From the NCBI RefSeq assembly GCF_009914755.1, contig NC_060931.1: a DNA stretch of 64,000 nt; one strand, written 5' to 3'. This document shows positions 54,685-64,000 of the stretch, in pieces. Below the pieces are notes generated by a model. It did not search any database. It was not told where the DNA came from and was given only the letters and a program-made list of their open reading frames with translations. The translations under genes were made by a program, and so were the position numbers. Within the stretch, counting starts at the first letter, position 1; each line of letters opens with the position of its first letter. This DNA comes from the human T2T-CHM13v2.0 reference genome, Homo sapiens.

Positions 54685-56152
54685 ACCTTTTTTTTGTTTT
54701 GTTTTTTTGACAATAATATCCTGGCATATTCTTGGGGTCAAAGTGGCAGGTCTAGCAGTTACATTATTGGAGGGTATTAACTGATGGTTTAGTAAGGTAT
54801 ATGTAAAGATTAATGGTATATGTTTTATAGCTAAGGGGAGGGTGTAGTTCTTTGCTCATAGTCAGAGACAAAGCATGGGAAGTGTTGTGGAAAGCTGGAT
54901 GGGATGTAAGAGATGGCCCCTGGAAGTGAAATGTCCTCTTCCTAGAAGTGCGTTACCAATATGCGATAGTTGCCTCTTGGGGAAAGTAATAATCTCCATT
55001 CATTTTTAGAACAGTGCAGATAGTGGAGCACCTACCAGATTTCTCTCTAGCAATGGAAGTATAAGGGTGTACACCAGGTCATTGATTGAGCAAACAGAGA
55101 GCTCCCTAATATCAGCGGAATAAAAACAACACGTTTCCTGTCCAACTTGTCAGTGCTTTCGGAGAGACTGCCCATGGGCATTGCTGGGGCATTAGTCTCA
55201 GTGCTCAGAGTAAAGTTGCCTCTGACACAGGTCTTGGGTTGGAACAATGTCATTGAGGTGATTTCATCTCTAGAAGTGAGCTTCTGGGCTTGGACAATAT
55301 TGTCTGACATGTGGGACTGCAGTATATTTCCCAAGTGTATACCACTCAGGTGAACATGAGTACAACATTGGGCTTGAGAGCTAGACCTCCACCTGGAAAG
55401 ATGAAACTCCCATAATGCATCAAAATACTAGAACCTGTCTGGCAAGAGAATCATCTCAATTAAACGCGGCCAGATCTAAAATCTCCCAACAGTTTAAGGT
55501 TTTCCCAGATGGGTGATGAAAGGGGTTTTGCTGCAAATAGGTCTTAACTTATATGGCCTGATTTGGGTCTGTGTGATTAATAGAGTGTTATATTGCTTGC
55601 CAATTAAAACATCCAAAGCTACCATTGGAGCTCCAGCATTATCCTGTAGGCAGACCCTCCAGTTTAGCCGATTACTATGGTCTCCTCCTTTCTTCAGCTG
55701 TCAATGTGGTTGATGAGGGCAAGTTAGTAACGTGTTTATGATAAAGGGCTTGTGTTAGCCACAGCTGAGCTTTTAAACTCAGAATTTGTCCTGTTTGGTT
55801 GAAACAATGACTTACTTGCAAGGTTTGAGCTTCCAGATTGCAAGCTAATGAAAGCACTCAGACCAATACTAACAAGAACAATACTCAACAGGTTGATGTG
55901 CAATTGTACTTGACAGGCTTTTGCTATTTGATGGTGATTTTTCTCCAGCATATATTATTACCAAGGAGGGGTTTTCTGGTGTTATAATTATGGCATAATG
56001 TGTTGATTCTATTATTATCCTCAAATGTGATTTACTGAGTTAATTTTTTAATCTCCATTTTTGGCAGCCCATATTGTCTGTGGGGTTTTCCCAGAGAGGT
56101 GATGAGAAGAGTTTTGCTGCAGACAGATCCTGTGTGTGTGTTAGGCCATTCT

Positions 56153-56452
56153 TTATTATTTTTTTGAGATGGAGTCTCGCTCTATTGCCCAGGCTGGAGT
56201 GCAATGGAGCAATGTCAGCTCACTAAAACCTCCACCTTCCAGGTTCAAGTGATTCTCCTGTCTCAGCCTTCTGAGTAGCTGGGATTACAGGTGTGCGCCA
56301 CCACGCCTGGCTAATTTTTGCATTTTTAGTAGAGACGGGGTTTCTCCATGTTGGTTAGGCTGGTCTCAAACTCCTGTCCTCAAGTGATCCACCTGCCTCG
56401 GCCTCCCAAAGTGTTGGGATTATACGCATGAGCCACCGTGCGTGCCCAGCCC
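56153..56452 (-). mobile_element. AluS
   Basis: Perfect 10-bp TSD aggccattct (56143-56152 / 56453-56462). Confidence 0.96.
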
Positions 56453-56528
56453 AGGCCATTCTCACATTGCTATAAATAAATACCTGAAACTGGGTAATTT
56501 ATTAAAAAAAAAAAAAACACAGAGAGAA

Positions 56529-56840
56529 GGTCGGGCACAGTGGCTCATGCCTGTAATCCCACAGTTCGGGAGGCCTAGGCAGGCAGATCACCCGAGGTCA
56601 GAAGTTCGAGACCAGCCTGGCCAACATGGTGAAACCCCACCTCTACCAAAAATACAAAAATTATCTGGGCATGATGGCACTTGCCTGTAATCCCGGCTAC
56701 TCAGGAGGCTGAGGCAGGAGAATTGCTTGAACCTTGGAGGTGGAGATATCAGTGAGCCAAGATCGCACCATTGCACTCCAGCCTTGCTCCAGCAGAGCAA
56801 GACTCCATCTCAAAAAATAAAAAAAATAAAGAAAGAAAAG
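56529..56840 (+). mobile_element. AluS
   Basis: Full Alu with A-rich tail. Confidence 0.95.
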
Positions 56841-59800
56841 AGAGAGAGAGATTTAATTGCCTCACAAGTTCTGCATGCAGGCTTTACAGGAAGCAAGGTG
56901 CTTGCATATGTTTGGTTTCTAGGGAGGCTCAGGAGGCTTACACTCACGGCAGAAGGTGAATGGGGAGCAGGCATATCACACAGCAAAAACAGGAACAAAC
57001 AAGAGAGGGTGTGGGAAGGGAGGTGCCACACACTTTTAAATGACCAGATCTCTCAAGAACTTACTACCATGAAGACAGCAGCAAGCCATGAGGGACCATG
57101 ATCCAAACACCTCCCACCAGGCCCCACCTTTAGCATTAAAGATTACAGTTCAACAACAGATTTGAGCAGGAACAAATAGCCAAACTATATCACTGCAATA
57201 CTAATTTCAATTTACTAAATTAAATTAGACCATCAGAGGGACAGTCCAGATTAATTATCCTCTTCTTAACCTGAATATTGAAGATTATTTGGGTGGTAGA
57301 AATGCAGCCTCAAATGATTCCCCTAACAAATGAGCAGGTTCCTAGCACATGAGATAATTTGTGATTAATGAGGCCTGGAAGAATATGTGCCCTTTATTTG
57401 GCCTCCAGCACTTATGGGAAGAGGGTAGGATTAAAAACTCATAAGATATGGGGAGGCATTATTAAAGGGCCTAGTATGTAAAGAGTCTTTACATGGAAGT
57501 TACACATATTCTATTTTAAATATATTAAAAAGACACGAAAAGGTTTTTTGAGGTTTGTTGTTATTGTTGTTTGTTTGTTTTGAGTTGGTGTGAGGTATTT
57601 GTTGGCTAAGGGGTCTTAAGAAAGACTAAGACCTGGGGCAAAACAAAGACCCATTTATATCTCCACTTACCATTTCATAATTTAAATAGACATCATTTGA
57701 GGAGATCAACTGGACTGTCAACTAAACCAGCTGCCTGGGACCTATCAGGGAAATGAAAGTTTTAGTGAAAGTCTTTCAAAAGCCCAGCACTGTGTACTTT
57801 GAGAAGGGAAATATGTGTCTTGGTCATGATCGGTAATGTCTCCAACTCTAAAGGGAATAAAGAGTGTCCTGGTGAGACCTTGTGTTGTGGCTTTAGTATA
57901 TGTAGTGATATGTGTGATCTTGATTTATATTTTGGGTTTCTGTAAGACAAGAGATTTCCATAAAGGGGACAACTCTTAGGCAATGGCCCAAGAGTTTCTA
58001 AAAATGTGCAGATGAGGTATTTGGTGATCAGTACATCCAGTCCTACAATGACTATCTGAAGTTTGGTCACTTGCGTCCAGTCCTTTATCAGAGACATCCT
58101 AGTTAAGAGATAGAAAGCAGCAATATGCCACTCACCTCTTTCACCAATGATGCTGGAAATAACATCTGTACAGCCTACAATTCCTATGGCTTTTCATTCA
58201 GTTAATTCCAAGGGAGTCCGAGGTACAGGTAACCAAGGGGCCTTTATTGGGGATGACCTCTCCCAGCACCCTGTCTAATGCACCTGGCAACAGACTGAGG
58301 ACAGAGAGGTCATCCCCTCCTACAGGTGGAATATACCAGAGGGGCCCAGGTTTGGCTCCACCTTGTATCGAGGGGGCCTCAGTAGCTGTGTAGAGCTTGT
58401 GGTGTGTTACTTTCATTGCTGAAGGCATAATGGGCAGCTGGATATGAAGAGTCACAGACTCGGGATATATGAAAGGCTCTATTTCCAGAAGAATACAGAA
58501 AGCAGCCAGTAATTTTCTTTCTAATGATATACAGGCTGGAGCCAAGAAGGGCAATATTTTGCTATCAGAAGCCTATGGGTAACTTATAGCTATCATAGGT
58601 TGTTCAAAGACCTATTAAGAGGCACAAGAATGAGTTACTAAAGCCTCTACAATAATTCACCTTGGGGTGCATTTATTTTTTCCAGGTTTAATAAAAGGTA
58701 TAATTGGGCTATTAAACAAAGAAGCAGTGGGCACAATTACCTCTAGTTAGGTCTTACGTAGTAAGTTTTAATCCTTCAGGGCCCTGTTTTAACTTACATT
58801 GGACCATTTTAACTATTTTAACTGGGGATTTATGGGATTCCATTTCATCCAGCCAATTTGCAAGTGCCAAAAGTGTATTTTTCATTTTTTGCTCATTGCA
58901 TCAGTGTATCTATGCCCACCATGAAATAGTTTGGGGTAATGAGTACTATAACAATGGGAAAATTAGACAAGAGGATAGTTAAAATGAAGCATACCTATTT
59001 TTCCACTATTTTATATTTAGTTATTTTGCTAAAATTAGGGAGGACATTTTGTGTAAATTTAGAAGAATACGTTGGTATAACTATATTTGAGACCCAGTAT
59101 TAGGTCTATGAAGCTCTGTGAGTTCAATTGGTGTCTTTTAGCAAATGTTAAAGTTGTATTAGAACCTGTGTTGTAGACATACAAAATCCAATCAGTGCCC
59201 TTTTAACTCTTTTGTTATGTAATTTTTACAAATAAACTTTGAATTTCTAGTTGGGTAAGATTTTGGACCTTTAATTTAATAAGATATTTGTATGTATTTT
59301 TTACTTCTTCCCTTTGTATCTTGTTTTTTGAAATATTTTTTAAACTTTCTTTGTTTGTTTGTTTGTTTCGGGCTTCTAGCCACCCAAAGCTATGATTTTT
59401 AGTTTTTGTCTCTGTCTGATAGCTCATAGTGCCAATCTTCTAGGCAGTTACAGGAAAAGGGTTGGGGACCGGGTCCTGTGACCTGTCTCCTTGGTAGCCA
59501 TCTCTAGTTTCAAGGCTTCTCAGTCCACCTCTGAGGATCAGGGTCTGCACTGAGAGTGCTATAGCAGCCTCTCCTTGGATAGCTTCCTTGTCTGAAATTT
59601 CAGTCCCTTCACATGTAGATATACAGTGGCAGTTACTAAGGCCTGAACACAGTGGCTAGGGTTTTGCATTAGATAAGCAACTAGGTAACTTCAATAGGTG
59701 GAGAGTAGGGGAGGGTGCAGGGATGAAATATTTGTCATCCCTTGCCCCCTTTGAATTAAAAACAGAGTGCTGGCCTCCAATGGTGAAACCTACAATACCC

Positions 59801-60159
59801 CTGAGGTTTAGGGAGCAGGAAAATCATGGTCATCCAGCAAGTTAATGCAGGAGCAAAGAAAACAGATAGGTTGAAAATTAAGTATCTATAGTTTTAATAA
59901 AAAATATGTCAGAGAGAGCTTGCTTTGGTTTTCTCATGGAAGATATGGATCTATTGAATTTACATAAGGCAGTGGTTATCATGCATTGGAAAATTCCACC
60001 AAAGGTAAGAAATAACACGTCTTCTTTGGTAGATTTTTAAGATTTAGAAATCCAGTTTGACTGTGATTAAAAATTGGTCAATTCATTATTTGTTCACTAT
60101 ATTGACAGTTTTATTTTCCCACTCATCTCTATTATTCATGTGAAACCCCAATTTCTTAA

Positions 60160-60410
60160 TAATAGTAATAAGAAAGGTAATAACAATTTACAATTATGGA
60201 GTGTTTACTCTAAGACAAGACCTAGGATGTTTTGTAATCCTTATTTCCTTTCCTCATATAGCAAAACCCCTTCACATTCAAGCTGACATTCTCTTCAAAT
60301 AAGTAACTTAGAACTGGCATATGTGTAACTAGATATGTTACACATATGTTCCTTAAGTGAGGGTACAATGAGTTTGGACACTATATTTCTTTAAATTTTA
60401 GAGCTAAATA
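60160..60410 (-). mobile_element. Degenerate MIR
   Basis: aataatagtaat...ttatggagtgtttact...aataagtaacttagaact. Confidence 0.45.
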
Positions 60411-60679
60411 AAGTCCATTTTTCTTCAAGATTCTCTGAGTAATTTTTTTTTCAATTGCATTTGCAGACTGAGATCCTCAACAAAGTTAAGCAGAATAAAG
60501 TGATCACGGCCAGAATTAAAGGTAAATTCTTGTAAAAAACATCTCAAGTGTAGGTCAACCGCCCCAGAGTCTCCCTCTTATAATTGCCTCTGTCTGAGAC
60601 CCATCAAGTACAATTACTCTCCATGAGAGTAGAGGATGTCTTGCTTACTTCCTTTATCTCCTGCCTCAATTATCAGGAC

Positions 60680-61112
60680 TTCCCTCACAATTCCATCTAG
60701 CATAGCTCCTTCTGTCTCTCTCCAACAACTTTTCACTCTTTTTATTTTTTTTATTTTTTATTATACTTTAAGTTCTAGGGTACATGTGCACAACATGCAG
60801 GTTTGTTACATATGTATACATGTGCCATGTTGGTGTGTTGCACTCATTAACTTGTCATTTACATTAGGTATAACTCCTAATGCTATCCCTCCCCCCTCCC
60901 CCCACCCCACAACAGGCCCCGGTGTGTGATGTTCCCCTTCCTGTGTCCAAGTGTTCACTCTTTACCATCTCACCTTGCTCTATTTTTCTTCAGAGTACTT
61001 TTATTAACTGACATATTTGTAATTATTATTTATTACCTAACTCACTTTTCAAGAATATCCCCAGCACTTAGAACAATGGCTGTTATATAGTAGGTGCTTT
61101 ATAAATGTTTAT
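60680..61112 (+). mobile_element. L2a 3' end hosting the L1PA insertion
   Basis: tatccccagcacttagaacaatggctgttatatagtaggtgctttataaatgttt. Confidence 0.75.
60742..60956 (-). mobile_element. Young L1PA (about PA3-5) 3' end, 5'-truncated
   Basis: ttattatactttaagttctagggtacatgtgcacaac...cctgtgtccaagtgttc, flanked by the direct repeat ttcactcttt (60732-60741 / 60954-60963). Confidence 0.95.
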
Positions 61113-62354
61113 TAACTATATTAATCAAAAACATATTTTGAACATTCTTAAAATACATTGTTTTGTACTTATATAAAACACTGCTAACAAATTTACAGAA
61201 CTTAAATAAATACAGTAAACTCCCACCAGTGTTAGAACTTTCCGTACATTTCCTTAGAAAAAAACTTAATGAAAAATTATTTATAACTGGTTTATCTTTT
61301 AACTTGCTAAATAGCTTAATAAAACTACTTCTAGTCATCTGACCTTCCTAAGTGTAGAAACCATGGCAAGAGTTTCCAAAGTCCTGTGGGAAATTGTTTG
61401 AAGAGTTTTCCCCATGCAGTAGATTTAATAAATAAGAAATACTAAGATGTAGAAATCTTCTTTGAACATAGCAATTATTTTCTATTAATTAATTTTTTTC
61501 ATAGTAGTTAGTACAAATTCCTGCAATAATTACAATTGTAATAGGAATGCAAATTCCCGACTGCACTTTATTGATATTATCTCAACTGAGATACTCTGAA
61601 GAAAACCAAGTAGTAGTTTGAACTTTTAGGTTGTGTTTTGATTTTATATCAGATCTCCCAATTTAAAAAGCTAGTCACCTGTCAAACAAACCTCACTTTG
61701 TCCAAAATATTGACTTCTCATTTCTAGGGAACACAGTGTGTTTTCTAACAAACTTATTTAAAAGTTAAGTGCATTTATAAAATTATAATTGAAAACAAGG
61801 AAAATATTTTAAGATAAATTAATGAAGTATTCATCCTACCAGGTTTAACTTAACTTTTAAGTTACCAGAAATTCAAATATTCTGTGAAATATTAACACAG
61901 TTAATTAAATACAGATAAAAGTTTAAGAGCAAGAATATTACCTTCTTTCTCTCTCACACACACACATGCACACACAAACACCAACACAGACACACACATC
62001 ATAATGTTTGATCAGAGAATACAAGCAAAATTTGAGGTCAAATGCACAGCAGCAGAATTAATTTACAAGATAAAAACTAGGAATAAAGATAAGTAGAGCT
62101 ACATGTATAAGAAAATAGAATTATGTTTTAAAATAGCTTTAGAAATAGAAACAGCTATTTATAGGGAAACAAAGGGGATGTAATCAAGAACCTTCTAGAG
62201 ACCAGACACATGAGTAACATAATGGTCCAAATTCACTCTTGATTTCTATCAAGGGCCCAAATATTCATAGAGTTCTGTCTCTTTCAACATGGTTGCCAGG
62301 AAACACTTTCTCATATTCCGTACGGCCACACTGCTTTAATAGAGTTAATAATAT

Positions 62355-62358
<4 letters not shown>

Positions 62359-62390
<32 letters not shown>
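62359..62390. repeat. (CA)16 microsatellite
   Basis: Directly counted. Confidence 0.98.
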
Positions 62391-62392
<2 letters not shown>

Positions 62393-64000
62393 CATGTGCA
62401 CATGCATCTTTGGTTGAGTTCTAAAGATAGACTCTTAAATTCAAGACTTCTTATATTCTGCAACTCATAGAATAATGCTAGCCCCATACTTATTTAAACC
62501 CAATGAAAGTCATAAGACATATATGCCTTTGAGTTTTAATATCTGTTTCTCCTCTTAAATTATGAGAGTGAAGCGTTAGTGACCTGTTTATATCACAAAG
62601 CCAATAAAGTAAAAATTAAAACTCATTTTTATCTTTAAATGCAAACTCAATAAGTTTGTTGATCAGAAATAGTAACAAGTTAGATGTATTGCTTATTTGC
62701 ATCTTAGTTCTCCCACAAAAATTATTTCAATTGAGTTTCAAATATTATTTTTGCTTATTTTAGGAAAATTATTTTTGTGTTTCAGAATTAGTTTCACTAA
62801 AGACTGAAAATACAAGTCCCAAACATAAAGCACAACATAATTGTTTTTTAAAAAGCAAATTAATATAACGCAAGAAAAAGGTACGCATGCATACATTTAA
62901 TGTCAGCCTTATATGCAGCTTGACTGACAGAGTTTTAATTCTCAAGAGACTCTGCCTACTGTGAATATATTCCTTCAGAATTTCTATTTAGAGATATGTA
63001 GGGTATAAAGATCAACATTGAGATGTATTTCAAAATGACTGAACTGCTCAACAATTTGTTGAAATACAAGGTAAACCAATTACAATTTATTTCTGAATTC
63101 ATTTATAGTATTTTATTCAAATAATTTAATATTTGGTTGAATGTAAGAATGTTATTTTTAATCAACCACTTAATTGCCACAGACAGTCACCTTGTAAATG
63201 TCACTGAGTACTTTCATATGTAAGTAACAGTTCAAATGTAATGCCAACATCAAATAAAGATTTTCCATATTGCCAAATAAAAGTAATTATCTGAAACAGA
63301 AACTGGGGAAATTTTTGAAATAGTATCTCATTAACCATCATTGGTCTACAAAATGATAGCAGTAGAAATGCAGCCTACAATAATAATAAGAGTATTGTGT
63401 ATGTGTGTGTGTGTGTTCCTATAAATCTAATTTTATGCTTTCATTGGCTTCATGAGGGCATGGAGAGGGCAAAAATGTCTCCACCAAGACGTGGGACATG
63501 AGAATAAGATTTCACTTTGGCAGTTAAATTCTAAATTCAACAAGCACATGTAAGATCAGAGATACACAAATATATGAGAACAGAATCACTTGCCAGCAAG
63601 AGGAACTTGACAGTAAATGGATCAATAAATTACCTGCTAAGTTTAAAAATGTGCCAGCTGGAAAAAAAATTGTCAGAAAGGTATACAAAGAAAAAAGGAG
63701 GCATTTTGGCAGCAGTCATCCATCATTAAGCAAGGAAGAGATTGCTTTGAACCAATAGCTGAACCCCTCATATGGAATAAAAAGTAAATCTATTGAGAAA
63801 ATGGACATATTTGGTGTTTTAGCCTGTAGGCATTAAATATTCAAATGATATAACTACTGCTCAGCTATATCCCAGCCTCTCTAACACCAGTTCTGGTTCC
63901 GTATTCAGCCAGCAATCTTCTGATGGTGGTTTTCTCATGCAGCTTGCCTAAAGGAAATGTGCTATGGCAGTTATATTTCTATTGTAAGAAAATAAATTGG

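Larger units (their letters stand above)
56137..57192 (-). mobile_element. MSTB-type MaLR LTR carrying two Alus
   Basis: tgtgttaggccattct...aaatacctgaaactgggtaattta...caaacacctcccaccaggccccacc...ccaaactatatca. Confidence 0.88.

Noticed and set aside
58198-58554. 118-aa pol-like ORF as a domesticated gene
   Set aside because: Short fragment with a non-ATG start, inside a frameshifted provirus lacking the RT core.

Overview
This is AT-rich, CpG-poor primate (human-like) genomic DNA that looks intergenic or deep-intronic. AluY/S/J, L1PA, THE1/MST and LTR7C elements fix the lineage. I found no intact protein-coding gene, RNA gene or CRISPR array, and nearly all supplied ORFs are repeat-derived or chance frames. 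Repeat family names come from my recollection of consensus sequences and were not computed, so subfamily calls and many boundaries are approximate. Highlights: (1) A 5'-truncated processed pseudogene of selenoprotein K (SELENOK, minus strand, ~41562-42063), absent from the ORF track. Its Sec codon reads CAA, and it appears to share one target-site duplication (TSD) with an adjacent Alu, a possible chimeric retrotransposition. (2) Six LTR pieces in 4.5 kb (14044-18567), including MER41B and MER41E elements that together keep four TTCNNNGAA (GAS/STAT) motifs around an LTR7C. (3) A 92-bp inverted templated insertion with microhomology and flanking direct repeats (28195-28286, copied from 28731-28822). 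(4) An older ~170-bp dispersed duplication (7565-7738 / 9502-9674). (5) A decayed ERVL-class provirus (~53640-59800) with recognisable pol remnants. I cannot support a wholly new biological system. The best leads are the SELENOK-Alu retro-chimera, the GAS-bearing LTR cluster and the templated insertion.
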